Source of the DNA: Octopus vulgaris
Lineage: Eukaryota
NCBI GenBank assembly: GCA_951406725.2
Contig: OX597818.1
Location: 60,760,001-60,824,000 of the forward strand
Direction of reading: 5' to 3'
DNA: 64,000 nucleotides
Position 1 is the first letter of the stretch. Each line of letters starts with the position of its first letter. Made by a program: the position numbers and the translations under genes. Under the pieces are notes generated by a model that was not told the origin of the DNA, did no database searches, and saw only the letters and a list, made by a program, of their open reading frames with translations. Below, one piece after another: positions 37,538 through 52,508 of the stretch.

Positions 37538-37925
37538 TACTCTTTACTCTTTTACTCTTTTACTTGTTTCAGTCATTTGATTGCGGCCATGCTGGAGCAC
37601 CGCCTTTAGTCGAGCAAATCGACCCCGGGACTTATTCTTTGTAAGCCCAGTGCTTATTCTATCGGTCTCTTTTGCCGAACCGCTAAGTGACGGGGACGTA
37701 AACACACCAGCATCGGTTGTCAAGCAATGCTAGGGGGACAAACACATACACTTATATATATATACATATATACGACAGGCTTCTTTCAGTTTCCGTCTAC
37801 CAAATCCACTCACAAGGCATTGGTCGGCCCGGGGCTATAGCAGAAGACACTTACCCAAGGTGCTACGCAGTGGTACTGAACCCGGAACCATGTGGTTGGT
37901 TAGCAAGCTACTTACCACACAGCCT
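37538..37925 (-). mobile_element. SINE family A
   Basis: Near-identical to the 38816-39650 host copy. Confidence 0.92.
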
Positions 37926-38216
37926 CGTCTAGACTCGGAAAAATATTTATATTTGAAACATATTTATTGCTTTCAAGTTGAGATGATTTTATTTTGTCAA
38001 AAAAGGAATCCAGTCACTGACTGAGTCTTTTTCAATTCGTGGCCATCATCAGATGAACACGATTTCACCTACACACGTCAACAAACCCCTATGAATACAA
38101 TGTTTGCCGGCGCAAACACGTCTGGTCTCCTTAGATATCGATTTTTGAACTCTCCCACTTTCTCTCTCTCTCTCTCTTTCCCTTACTCACACACTTATAC
38201 ACACATGTACACACAT

Positions 38217-38600
38217 ATGGAAGCACTCCGTCGGTTACGAAGACGAGGGTTCCGGTTGATCCGATCAACGGAACAGCCTGCTCGTGAAATTAACGTGTAA
38301 GTGGCTGAGCACTCCACAGACACGTGTACCCTTAACGCAGTTCTCGGGGATATTCAGCGTGACACAGAGAGTGACAAGGCCGGCCCTTTGAAATACAGGC
38401 ACAACAGAAACAGGAAGTAAGAGTGAGAGAAAGTTGTGGTGAAAGAGTACAGCAGGGATCACCACCATCCCCTACCGGAGCGTCGTGGAGCGTTAGGTGT
38501 TTTCGCTCAATAAACACTCCCAACGCCCGGTCTGGGAATCGAAACCGCGATCCTACGACCGCGAGTTCGCTGCCCTAACCACTGAACCATTGCGCCTCCG
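38217..38600 (-). mobile_element. tRNA-derived SINE (family C), full length
   Basis: Minus-strand head ggaggcgcaatggttcagtggttagggcagcg...gtttcgattccc; homologous to 47159-47546. Confidence 0.9.
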
Positions 38601-38815
38601 CACACATATACATATATATACACACAAAATGCCTTAAACGGAATCACACTTAGACCATATAATAAATATACATTTTTTCAAGACATTGAACTATGGAATA
38701 TATTTCTTGCGGAGATGTGTTAATTATAGATACAGACAACATCATCATCAGCAAGCTTAGAGGAGGCTGTAGAAAAGGGTTTTCGACTTATACACTCTGT
38801 ATGATGAAATATTAA

Positions 38816-39650
38816 TACTCTTTTTACTCTTTTTACTCTTTTTACTTGTTTCAGTCATTTAACTGCGGCCATGCTGGAGCACCGCCTTTAGTCGAGCAAA
38901 TCGACCCCGGGACTTATTCTTTGTAAGCCCAGTACTTATTCTATCGGTCTCTTTTGCCGAACCGCTAAGTTACGGGGACGTAGACACACCAGCATCGGTT
39001 GTCAAGCAATGCTAGGGGAACAAACACAGACACACAAACATATTCACACACACTTATATATATAGGCGCAGGAGTGGCTGTGTGGTAAGTAGTTTGCTAA
39101 CCAACCACATGGTTCCGGGTTCAGTCCCACTGCGTGGCATCTTGGGTAAGTGTCTTCTGCTATAGCCTCGGGCCGACCAATGCCTTGTGAGTGGATTTGG
39201 TAGACGGAAACTGAAAGAAGCCTGTCGTATATATGTATATATGTATGTGTGTTTGTTTGTGTTTCTGTGTTTGTCCCCCTAGCATTGCTTGACAACCAAT
39301 GCTGGTGTGTTTATGTCCCCGTCACTTAGCGGTTCGGCAAAAGAGACCTATAGAATAAGTACTGGGCTTACAAAAAGAATAAGTCCCGGGGTCGAGTTGC
39401 TCGATTAAAGGCGGTGCTCCAGCATGGCCGCAGTCAAATGACTGAAACAAGTAAAAGAGAGTAAAGAGTATATACATATATACACTATGGGCTTCTTTCA
39501 GTTTCCGTCTACCAAATCCACTCACAAGGCATTGGTCGGCCCGGGGCTATAGCAGAAGACACGTGCCCAAGATGCCACGCAGTGGGACTGAACCCGGAAC
39601 CATGTGGTTGGTTAGCAAGCTACTTACCAAACAGCCACTCCTGCGCCTAT
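38816..39650 (-). mobile_element. SINE A (minus) with an opposite-orientation SINE A (39064-39468, plus) nested in its central microsatellite
   Basis: Host tail at 38816-39050 and host head at 39484-39650; complete plus-strand copy between them. Confidence 0.92.
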
Positions 39651-40180
39651 GTTCAATTTACGAAATATTTAGCCTTATTAAAAATAGAATAGTCCTTTTC
39701 TAAATATTAGCGTTAAATTTCGAGGCTTCGGTTTTTATATTGAAGAAAATTGCATAGAAAACATTACAGTTTTTACCAATTCTCAGCTGATTCCATCAGT
39801 TACTGGTTCCAAATTTTAGCAACAACCAGTGACTGTTAGACATTCTACCTCCACCAGTTCATTGGTACCGCCACCTCCGCAATTGCAGGCGACTAGTTTC
39901 TCTGCGTATCGTTGCTACAAAACTGCAAACAGATCCGACGGAAATACAAGAAAGCTATATCAACACACATCTATTACACATACACACACACACACACACA
40001 TACACACACACAATTTCTGTTATTCTTATTATGATCACGTGTATAATTGTATGGGAGAATGTATGTGTATAAGTATAGGTACATACATTATATGTGTGTA
40101 TAATATGTGATAACATACATATAGCTATGTATCTATATACGCATATATATGTGTGTGTGTGTGTGTCTGTTAGTACATAC

Positions 40181-40251
40181 TATTACTGCTGCTACTATTA
40201 CTGCTGCTGCTGCTGCTGCTTCTAATAATAATAATAATTTTAATAATAATG

Positions 40252-40333
<82 letters not shown>

Positions 40334-40341
40334 TAATAATG

Positions 40342-40409
<68 letters not shown>

Positions 40410-40509
40410 TTTAATAATAATGATAATAATAATAATAATAATACTGCTGCTACTGTAACTACTGCTGCTGCTGCTGCTTCTAATAATAATAATAATTTAA
40501 ATAATAATG

Positions 40510-40569
<60 letters not shown>

Positions 40570-40606
40570 GCTATCATAATGCTATTATTATTATTATTAT
40601 TATTAA

Positions 40607-40642
<36 letters not shown>
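40181..40642. repeat. (AAT)n/(CTG)n/(ATT)n compound microsatellite with internal duplication
   Basis: actgctgctgctgctgcttctaataataat block occurs at ~40200 and ~40460. Confidence 0.9.
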
Positions 40643-40918
40643 TCACAAGAATGATTATGCATATACATTTACTCATACACTAACACGTAACTACCTACCT
40701 ACATACCTACATTCATACATACATACATATATACATACACACACACATACATGCGTACGCAGTATGAAATATGAAGCGAGTTTTATTTATCACGTGTGAA
40801 TACGTTTAAGTCATTTTCTATATAATTATATTATCACTGTGAAATTGAAATATTCTGTTTCGCTGAAATTACACGAAGTATTCTCATTATATTGACGAAA
40901 TATGTTATTTATGTTATG

Positions 40919-40994
<76 letters not shown>

Positions 40995-41037
40995 TACGTG
41001 TGAACATACACACACATACACATACACACACACACAC

Positions 41038-41094
<57 letters not shown>

Positions 41095-41175
41095 ACAGAG
41101 ATACTTATATAAGAACAGTGTGTTTGAATGTAAATATATGTATATATGTGTGTCTGTGTGTCTGTGTATGTGTAT

Positions 41176-41256
<81 letters not shown>

Positions 41257-41662
41257 TATATATACATATGAATGTAAATATCTTTATATATGTATGTATA
41301 ATTTAATGCATAATATATTCATGGATATATTTATGAATATATATAACTATCGATTTACAATTATATACAAAAATCTTTAATACATTTAAATATACACACA
41401 TACATATGTATATGTATATATATATATACATACATGTATAATATGCACAAATACAATTATGTATAAACATTCAATTATATATACATACATGTGTACATAT
41501 GTATACATGTTTACTCAAGCACATACACGCATGTAGTACTATATACGTATACAATTTTGCGTAACATACACACACATATATATATAAAAGCATAAATATG
41601 TATATACACACACAACACACATTTATGCATGCGTATACATGAAACCATGCACACAAACACAC

Positions 41663-41719
<57 letters not shown>

Positions 41720-41781
41720 TATGTGTGTGTGTAAACACACACACTCACACACATATACTCACACAAATATATATATATACA

Positions 41782-41836
<55 letters not shown>

Positions 41837-41839
41837 GTA

Positions 41840-41871
<32 letters not shown>

Positions 41872-43235
41872 CACATACATATACATATATATATATAACT
41901 ACATACATAAATACAAAGAGAGAGAGGAGAGAGAGGGGGAGCACTTAGAGTACTGAACGATCGCTTTAAACAGGTACAAAATAACTAACATGGAATTTCA
42001 CATAAAAATAACATGTACAAAATGTAAACAGACTTATTTTTAAATCTTCATAGCTTAGCTATTTATCAAAACACAGATATCACAGTCGATATTGCTAATT
42101 TTGGCTCCCTGCCCAGATTAATTTGACGTGCGCCCAAATCCCCCGTTAAACTAACAATGACATTAAGTTGCATGCGAGTCTTACTTTAATAGACTCTGCG
42201 AAGCAAATCTACCTTCCTTTATCCATCAACTTTCTAAGTACATCGAGTATTTTCAGAGGATTACTACTCCAGCCGGAGATCGTGTTTGTGATATTTCTCT
42301 CAATAAATTTATAACTGCTCATTTGATTATGTCTTATCAGCGTGAAGAGTATATAGAATTAGTGGCGTTTAAGAAAATCTATAACCATAAATGTTTCTTT
42401 TTACTGGTCGGAGAGAGAAAGAGAGACAGAGAAACGGAGACAGACAGGCAGACGTATAAAGAGATAGAAATGCTGATTAAAAGTAGCTGGGAACTGACTT
42501 CAGCAGCGCCGAGTAGAGTAAAGATGAAATTTCATGTAACTGTTTATTTCGAACGAAACCGCCATTTCAGCAAATGTAAAATATTTACTTCTTACAACTC
42601 AAACAGTAAATATTTTTTTGTGTTTTTAAGGCAACCAGCTCAGAAAGAAACAACATCTTTGTTTTTCTAAAAGGGTACTGGAAGCCCATTATTTAACATC
42701 CGTTATGGAGATGACGATAGTTTTAATGAATACAATATACAGAATTTAAAGTCTATTCAAGCATCACGAAGATGCCATTAGCACACGAATGTGTATTGCT
42801 TGCACTGCCGAGTCATCGAACTCATAGCCTTGGACTCGCTTGAGACGTGTTACATTTCTATCGATAAAGTTTGTTTAGTACATCCCGACAAACTGCCGGT
42901 AACTACAGTTGGCATTTTGTACTTCTATTACACCTAGAATATAAAATAGAATTCATAAATAAGTTGGATACAAGCACAGCAAGATATCAGTGGCGAGTGA
43001 GTGTAGCCTGGTAAAACATGTTATGATTGCATTAATTGTTTTTGGTAACTTACGGAGTCGCGAGCTGCCGTATGCTAGATCAAGATCGATCATATTCACT
43101 TACGGTTTTGTAAGGGAGAAATCAATATACAATATTATGTATTGAGTTATCTTTCAGCTGTGACCCGCCCTCTATAATTTTGTGGCTTGTATCAACGGAA
43201 CAAATCAATAACTATGTATTGGTAAAATCTGTTCA

Positions 43236-44240
43236 ACCGTTCAAATTCCGCCGAGGTCGACTCTACCTTTCATTCTCTCGGGGTCACTAAATTTAGTACT
43301 GGTTGAGCACTAGGATCAGTGTAATCGACTGTTCCCCTGCCCCAAATCTGAGGCCTTGTGCCTATAGTAGAAAGGAATAAGGCGGCGAGCTGGCAGGAAA
43401 GTTAGCACGCCGGGCGAAATGCTTAGCGGTATTTCGTCTACCATTACTTTCTGGGTTCAAATTCCGCCGAAGTCGACTTTGCCATTCATCCTTTCGGGGC
43501 CGATAAATTAAGTACCAGTTACGCACTGGGGTCGATGTAATCGACTTAATCCCTTTGTCTGTCTTTGTTTGTTCATTCTATATTTAGCCCTTTTGTGGGG
43601 AGTAAAGAAATATTTAGTAGAAAGGAATATCCATAGAACCGTCAAGCAGCGAGTTTGAGGCATCGTTGGCACGCCGAGAAAAATGCTAAGCAGCAATTTG
43701 TCCGTCTTTACGTTCTGAGATCAATTTCCACCGTGGTCGACTTTGCCTTTCATCCTTCCTGGGTTCATAAGTAGAGTGCTGGGGTCGTGGGCTTGTTCCA
43801 AAATTTGAAACCAATATCCGTAGAACCGTAAAAGCGACAAGCTGGTAAAATTGTTAGCGACTCGGACAACATACATCACAGTGTTTCTTTCGACTCTTTA
43901 CGTTCTGGGTTCAAATTCCACCATAGTCTCTGCCTTTCATCCTTTTGTGGTCGATAAAACAAAGTACCAGTTGAACACTGGGATCGATGTGATTGATTTA
44001 CTCCGACCTTAAAATTGCTGGCCTTGTGCCAAAATTTGAAACTGATATTAGTTGAGTCGTAGACAAATAACTTTGTGGTATTTAGTTACGTTCCTTTCTG
44101 TCCTGAGATCAAGGCCGACAGAGGCTGGATTTGTTTTCCACCCTCCCAGGGGTCGATGAAATAATACCAATAATCAAGTACTGCAATCGATTAAATTGGC
44201 TATAGCCATCTCCTTCTAAATATTTATTCTTGTGACTATA
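43236..44240 (+). mobile_element. Cluster of ~5 same-orientation SINE B copies of differing ages
   Basis: Repeated caaattcc...gtcgactttgcctttcatcc cores at ~43242, 43458, 43721, 43912 and 44110. Confidence 0.85.
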
Positions 44241-44271
44241 TCAATATCAGACATCAATATTTATATTTTTT

Positions 44272-44736
44272 TTTTTACTTGTTTCAGTCATTTGACTACG
44301 GCCATGCAGGAGCACCGCCTTTAGTCGAGCAATTCGACCCCAGGACTTATTCTTTATAAGCCTAGTACTTATTCTATCGGCCTCTTTCGCCGAACCGCTA
44401 AGTTACAGAGACGTAAACACACCAACTTCGGTTGTCAAGTGATGCTGGGAGGGGGGGGGGGGCAAACACAAACATACAAACATACACACATACACATGCA
44501 TATACACATATATATATATGATAGTAGGGAATATAATTGCAAACTTACAGGGAAAAATTCAATTTAGCAATTCTAAATCAAATTTCACAATATATAATAA
44601 ATGTATAAAATTTAGAGAAAAACCACTATTAAATAATTCGATAGTGAGAGACTTTATTCACACCATATAGAAAAAATTGAATATACTATAGAAAACATTA
44701 TTCTAAAAATCAATAGAGTACATAAACAATAAATAG

Positions 44737-44785
<49 letters not shown>

Positions 44786-44888
44786 GACGGGCTTCTTTCA
44801 GTTTCCGTCTACTAAATCCACTCACAAGGCTTTGGTCGGCCCGAGGCTATAGTAGAAAACACTTGCCCAAGGTGCCAAGCAGTGGGAC
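44272..44888 (-). mobile_element. SINE family A split by a ~220-bp AT-rich insert (44520-44740) in its TA tract
   Basis: Tail at 44272-44500; head part at 44784-44888. Confidence 0.85.
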
Positions 44889-45000
44889 GATGTTTTTAAT
44901 ATAAAAAATAATTACACAATACGAATAACAAGAAGAATATATAGCTTTCTTTAAAAATCACTCCTGTAATGCGTGGAAGACAACAAAAAATAATTTATGC

Positions 45001-45262
45001 TACAGGGTGTTCTAAAAGTCTCTCCACAGCGAATGTTTTTCATCCTGCGCATGTGCAACTTGATTATTTCTGCGTGGGCGGCCGGCCGGCTGTCAGCCTT
45101 TGTCCTTCAGTCATTGTGTACCCTTCAGCGTGTTGACATGCTAACCATTGAAAAACGTATGTTTTTAGCTGAATGGGTGTTTCGAGCTGGAAACAAATAC
45201 ACAGATACTGTGAAACAGAAATTCAGTGAAACTTTTGCAAATACTGTTGTTCCATACTGTTC
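45001..45262 (+). mobile_element. Tc1/mariner-superfamily 5' end with HTH-type transposase N-terminus
   Basis: TA|CAGGGTGTTCTAAAAGTCTC terminus typical of maT/rosa-like TIRs; peptide MLTIEKRMFLAEWVFRAGNKYTDTVKQKFSETFANTVVP. Confidence 0.6.
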
Positions 45263-45424
45263 ATACTCTGATTCGTGTTCATACACCTTTCCTGTTATTC
45301 CGAATGCCTTTTTTTTACCAATACAACCATGCCTGCACTTATACTCCTTTTAAGCTAGCTTACTGCACTCATTCAAGAGATGGATAATACTTTTGTTGCC
45401 TTTCCTGCAGATTCTACATTACTG

Positions 45425-45955
45425 AGGTACAAACACACGAGGTCCAGTATATTGATTATCACTACCCATGTGATAAGGGTACACCAGATACATGCATCAC
45501 AACCTTGTGTATGCGAGACAGTGGACCGCATATCAAGATAAACTGCACATGACCTTGCAGGTGGGGGCCCAGTTAGAATTTTCGTCAGATCGAGTAGCCC
45601 ATCCCGCTCGAAACATCTGTGAATGATGGTTATTTAAGAATGATGAATGAAACACCCATGTTTCCAGAGGTGAAATATTCAAACACGAAGAATTCCTCTC
45701 AACACATGGCTATGATGCCTCACACCACTGCACTTGCTCGTGATCAAAGATGCACATATCGTCAGCCACAAAGGGACATGCTCAACTAGTTAAGGTCAAG
45801 CAACTGACAAGTAAATCTCTGGTATTGAGCAGAATATTTGCTGTAGCCCATATTTTATACCAAGACAAAACAATGTACATGATAACACTTCCAATCAGTT
45901 AAGATCAGAAGCCATGAGAGTCACTGTCTGATACTGCATCAAGGCATTTATTAGT

Positions 45956-46020
<65 letters not shown>

Positions 46021-46035
46021 TATTATTATTATTAC
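45425..46035 (+). mobile_element. Probable LINE 3' UTR fragment ending in (ATC)n(ATT)n
   Basis: More GC-rich block terminating in a trinucleotide tail; family not identifiable here. Confidence 0.4.
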
Positions 46036-46660
46036 TGTTGTTGCCTATTTGCCTATCCCGAAATAGCTGGCCTAGTGCCAAATTTTGAAATAAATTGTTA
46101 TTGATATTATTGTTGTTGTTGCTATTATTATTATTATTCATTATGTGAAGCTGCAAGGATAGCGATGGTTATTATGCAAACTTTTCATAGATAACTACTA
46201 ACTTCCTTCTTCCTAACTTCATTTTCCAAAATAAAATGCAGTATCACAAATCTCTTTTAAAAAGAAAATTCTAGACAAACAATGACACATCTTTTGGCTC
46301 TCAAGTTTAAATAATATATGCAAATATAAACCTGAATCCAACTAAACTAGCGCTGGTCAGCGTCAAGTAGTAATTATTTAGGAAAGTCCATAAATTTGGA
46401 TAAGTTCGTATGCCGTGGGGAGACAATAATTCTTATGTCAAGAGCAAAGGTCTTCGTCGAAGAGAGAAAAATTTCATGTAATTTAAATGTTGTCTCTCCA
46501 ACAAAGAGCACTGCTCGAAATGTCAGCATCGTTGTCTCCCGACGGCATAGAAACTTCTCGAAATTTGCAACTACTTCGCTAATATATTCAAACGTCACAT
46601 CAATTACTTGTTACTCTGTGATATTTGCTTCTCTGCTTCAAGAAGAATTCCTATCGTTCA

Positions 46661-46716
<56 letters not shown>

Positions 46717-47158
46717 CATATCGAACTCTTAATATACTGGGTCCCCGTTTATACGACTATCAATCCATTTTCTCTTTAAAAGTTGAAGAAATCTAAAAAA
46801 AGAATTTTCTTCTTATTCATTCGCTCGTTCATTGGTTCACGCTCTCGGTGTAGGTAGATGATCCAATTTTGATTCCCAGCTGGAATTAATTCAATTATGT
46901 TACAAATAGTATTGTGAAAGGCTTGGATGTCTCTGTTGAAAAAAAAAATTATCACGTTTCATGTGAATTTAAAATTAGATATATTTATTAATTTCCGACA
47001 CAACCACAAGGTCTCGGATATATAAAGGTAAGTAGTTGAAATTCCTTAGTACTCATGTCTTTCTCATGAACGCCTTAGTAAAATAAATGAAGGGTAATAG
47101 TTACGGCTATCAATTAAGACCTAGTTGCAGGTTCTGTTAATAACCATTTCGTACTTGT

Positions 47159-47546
47159 GGAGGCGCAATAGCCCAGTGGTTAGGACAGCGGACATACGGT
47201 CATGCGGTCATAGGATCGCGATTTCGATTTCCAGAACGGGTGTTGTGAGTGTTTATTGAGCGAAAACACCTAAAGCTCCATGAGACTCCGGCAGGGGGTC
47301 GTGGCGAATTCTGCTGTACTCTTTTACCACAACTTTCTCTCACTCTTTCTTCCTGTTTCTGGTGTACCTGTATTTCAAAGGGCCAGCCTTGTCATACTCT
47401 GTGTCATGCTGAATCTCCCCGAGAACTACGTTAAGGGTACACGTGTCTGTGCAGTGCTCAGCCACTTGTACGTTAATTTCACGAGCAGGCTGTTCCGTTG
47501 ATTAGGATCAACTGGAACCCTCGTCGTCGTAACCGACGGAGTGCCA
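47159..47546 (+). mobile_element. tRNA-derived SINE (family C)
   Basis: ggaggcgcaatagcccagtggttagg...atttcgatttcc...gtaaccgacggagtgcc. Confidence 0.9.
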
Positions 47547-47598
47547 AGTTATTTTGTACTTACTCCCACGTTCTTAACACAATATCAAAGAAAATAAA

Positions 47599-47782
47599 GG
47601 CGACGAACTTGCAGAATCGTAAGAAGACCAGGCAAAATGCTTATTAGCATTTCTGAGTTCAAATGCTACCGAGGTCATCTTTGCCTTTCATTATATCGTG
47701 GTCGTTAAAATAAACACCAGTTGAAAATATGTCTCTATGCAATGTCCTCCGAAACTGCTAACCTTGTGCAAAAATTTGAAAC
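47599..47782 (+). mobile_element. SINE family B, diverged, with perfect 19-bp TSD
   Basis: caatatcaaagaaaataaa at 47580-47598 and 47783-47801. Confidence 0.85.
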
Positions 47783-48177
47783 CAATATCAAAGAAAATAA
47801 ACGGAATATTTTCAACATTTTCTATCTTTTCGTTCGATACGTTGACCATTGAACTAAACATAGGTTAAACTATTTTTAAAGAGGTTACTCTGTTTTAAAT
47901 GCCGGCGAAACAGTAATTACAGCACTGGCTACAATGAAATGGCAGTTAAGTTGAGCTATTGTAAGAAGTAACATATGGTCAATTAAGTTCGAAACAAGTG
48001 CACAAATTACTGCCTTAATCTTTCTTTTGGCTGTCTTGGGCTGTAATTCACTTGATCGATATGTCGGTGTCACTTACAGAGCACCTGACGAAATTAAAGA
48101 AAATGTTTATCCTATAAAAACAACGAGTTAAAACAACAGAACATGAACGAATTGATCATAGTGTAATAAAAATAATG

Positions 48178-48450
48178 ATTTATTTTATTGGCCACAGGAG
48201 CTCATGATGCTGGAGACGGAACAAGGACGAAATGCAGAGCGGCGGATATTTCTCTCTGTCTAACCTCTCAATCATCTTCTTGTTGTACTTGAAAATGTCG
48301 ATGAGCGCTTGGCCAGAAGGAATGGTTTGGTCTCAGTTCCTTCAACTGCATCTACCAAACAATCTCCTTCGCTGGAGCCACCAAAAAGAGATAAAGTTGA
48401 GTGAGCCCTACGAAGCTCTAAATGAGCCAATTTCGATTATGTGATTGTAA
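48178..48450 (-). pseudogene. L1/Tx1-like LINE ORF2 C-terminus and 3' end
   Basis: Minus strand FLVAPAKEIVW*MQLKEL / SGQALIDIFKYNKK, followed by aataaaataaa. Confidence 0.5.
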
Positions 48451-48707
48451 ACAGGAAACAAAAACCTGGGAATAGGAAGCGTTACCTATACTGAAGCAAA
48501 ATTATTACCCAACCTTGATAGACAATGGAAGTGTGGGCCTCGGGTTCTTCATCGACGCTTTCATCGGATTCCTCGTCGACGCTGTGGATGAGGCAAGGTT
48601 ATCAGTAACGCCGGTGATTTGGAAACAAGGGTTTCTATGACCTGTTGTTACTATTGTTAGTTCTTCTCTTCTATTTCCCTATTTCCTAATCCTTTCGAAC
48701 AGGAAAC

Positions 48708-48872
48708 ATCATCATCATCATCGTCGTCGTTTAACGTTCGCTTTCCATGCTAGCATAGGTTGGACGATTTGACTGAGGTCTGGCGAACCAGATGGCTGCA
48801 CCAGACTCCAATCTTGATCTGGCAGAGTTTCTACAGCCGGATGCCCTTCCTAACGCCAGAATGCCCTTCCTA
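48708..48872 (-). mobile_element. SINE family E fragment
   Basis: Homologous to 14621-14770. Confidence 0.8.
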
Positions 48873-49629
48873 ACTTTAAAAAAGTTACTACTACCACACT
48901 TATAGCACCTAGGTCAAGCTTTCTAACTGGCACCAGTAGTTTTTTCTTGCGGCACAGCTCTGAAATAGCATCGTGTTTTTCAAGGGTCTTTACCACTTCT
49001 TTGTCCACTGAGCCCCCACTCGGCAACGTTTAGTTTTTGATTTTCATAGAACTGACTACCTCCCCGTAATGTGCCTCAGCCTGTGGCAGCCCAAAGGTCA
49101 AAATCATTTGTGAAATGTTAGCAAAGTAAAATATAATAACTCTATTTTTATCGTTCGACTTCACTTTTTTACTCTTGTCTTCATTTGGCAAGAGACGCGT
49201 GCATGCGTTGTTGGTGTTGTTTGTTGTTAACCATATCATTGGAAATGTTTAAATTAATAACATTATTATCTGTCAAAAAGTCATTATTTTCTAGTATTGA
49301 ATGAGTTCGTCCCGCTGTGTAATTAAGTTTCTTTTTGTTTTATTTGTTTCAACGCGTTTGGGTTCATTTCTTTTGTTTTAATGGATATTTGGTTTTCTGG
49401 CGGGAAGCCATTTTAACCTGATTGTAAACAAAATAAAATTGTGTTCAAAATATATCCGGAATTGAGAGACCTTATGTTTTCCATTGTATGCGAGAGGGGG
49501 GGAGGGGAGGTCCAAGATGTTTCAGAAGAGTTGCCCGAACACCTCACTCAAAGAGAAATATTGATGTTCTTTTGGGCACTTAGTAAAAGAAATTTCAATG
49601 GATGGGCACCCGTACGGATAAAATCATAG

Positions 49630-50290
<661 letters not shown>

Positions 50291-50849
50291 AAAGTTACCA
50301 ACCTCACAAACACTGGTTCCAGTGCCAGAATGTGTGTCAGGTGAGAAGCGGAAACATTGCTTGTTAGACTTGACGTGAGATGTGATAACGATTTCGTGAA
50401 ATGAAGTTTGCTTTTCGTCATCGAACCAACGTTCTTATACATTGGAAGCGATTCAGATTTCTAAAAAAAAAAGACAGGACAGAAACAAGATGTTCTTCAG
50501 AGAGCCATTAGATAGAAGCAATTGATCTTGTTGTAAGATTTGGCCTGATTCAAATTGATTAGCGCCCTATTGAAACCAGATTATTACCCAGCCTTGATAG
50601 ACAATGGAAGTGCGGACCTCAGATTCCTCATCGCCGCTGTCTAAAACTGGACGAGGCAAAGTTGTTAGTCCTTCACAGTTCTGTAACTCAGGTAATTTGG
50701 AAACAACGGCTTCTATGGCCTGATATTGCTAATGTTAGTTCTTCTCTTCTATTTTCCTCTTTCCAGATCCTTTCGAACAGGAATTTTCTTTTAGAAAGTC
50801 ATTATTACCACACTTATAGCACCTAGGTCAAGCTTTCTTACTTGAAGGT

Positions 50850-51330
50850 CACAGAAAATGAGAAAACAAACATACTCTGAGATATGCCAATACACACAGA
50901 TGGAAAAATTAATGACTATATGCCGGATATAGTTGTCAGAGATCACCAAGAAAAAAATGATTTCTAATCGATGTATCAATACCAACACATGAAAATGTTT
51001 CTCTTAAAGAAACGGATAAACTTTCAAAATGCAAAGATCTGGAAATAGAGGTAACTCGATTGTGGAGTCTAAAATAAAAACAATTCTTATCATAATTGGC
51101 GCAGTAGGTACGATAAGAAATATTCAGACAAATATATAACAAAAAAACGCCAGGACTAATAAGTATATATAACATACAGAAAATAGCACCACTAGACACT
51201 ACACACATCCTACGCAAAACACTTTCGATACAGTAAAAATAAGAGCATCACATCAAACCACAGCACATATCCAAGGCACACAGAGCTGCGCTCGGTAGTG
51301 CAGCGAAAGCACGAGATAAAAACAAGACTA

Positions 51331-51423
<93 letters not shown>
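50850..51423 (+). pseudogene. 3' end of an RLE-encoding non-LTR retrotransposon (R4/Dong-like) with (TAA)n tail
   Basis: DMPIHTDGKINDYMPDIVVRDHQEK/FLIDVSIP..ENVSLKETDKLSKCKDLEIEVTRLW..IIIGAVG, then 3' UTR and (TAA)n at 51334-51423. Confidence 0.85.
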
Positions 51424-51425
<2 letters not shown>

Positions 51426-51469
51426 TGATGATGATGATGATGATGATAATGATGATGATGATATTAATA

Positions 51470-52508
51470 ATAGAGCAAAAAATTTGCTACTGATCTCTTA
51501 GATACCGACCAGATTGATCAGGTTGAAGGAAATGCGCCAACTGCTGCTGCAAAGAAAATAAAATTAATTGCAAAGACAAAAGCACATGAAAAATTAGCTA
51601 GCAGATGGGAACGGAAACCTCTGCATGGCAAGAATGTGGCCCGTAGCAAACAAGCTGATGTCGACCAGGAACACACACATCAATCGTTACGACGCTCAGA
51701 GCTAAAGGCAGAGAGTAAAGATTTCATATTAGCTGCTCAAGATCAAAGTTTATTAACCCCGAACTACCAAGCCAATGTGATAAAAAATGGAGCTGACCCA
51801 AAATGCAGATTCTGTAACGATGAGATTGAAACTATAGACCACCTAATCTCAGGGTGTAGAGGCTTAGCACCTGCAGAATATAAAGCAAGACATGATAGAG
51901 TCGGCCAGTATTTACATTGGACAATATGTCGGCATTATAAAATCAAAAATGCTGACAAATGGTATAAACACCATCCTGAAGCTGTGACTGAGGGAGAAAA
52001 TGTGTCGATTCTATGGGACTTCCCCGTGCAGACCGACATGACTATAAAAGCTAATAAACCGGATATTATTATAAAAGATCAGACAAAAAAGGTGTGTTTA
52101 TTAATCGATGTGAGTATTCCTTGCGATGACAATATAGCGGCGAAAGAATTTGACAAGATTAGTAAATATAAAGACCTGCTAATAGAAATTGAAAAATTGT
52201 GGCATCTCAAGGCGACTACAGTACCAGTGATAGTAGGATCTCTAGGAATGATAAAAAAAGGTACTGAAACCTATTTGAAAATGATTCCAGGCTTACCATC
52301 CCTGCAGGGAGTGCAAAACATCGTGTTAACTGGAACGACTCGTACTGAGAAGAGCATTATCGCTGTGAAAACAACATCCATTCAGGAATTTATTTATTTA
52401 TTAATTTTTTTAAATACATATTTTACCTGTGAATTTGCGCATGTAATCTGGGAATGCATACAATGAGCTTCTCTGCCCTAGGTGTACGGAAAACACCCAG
52501 CGGGAAAT

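Noticed and set aside
51636-52466. 276-aa ORF as a host gene
   Set aside because: Motifs are those of a retrotransposon zinc knuckle and RLE domain; 5'-truncated and frameshifted at the C-terminus
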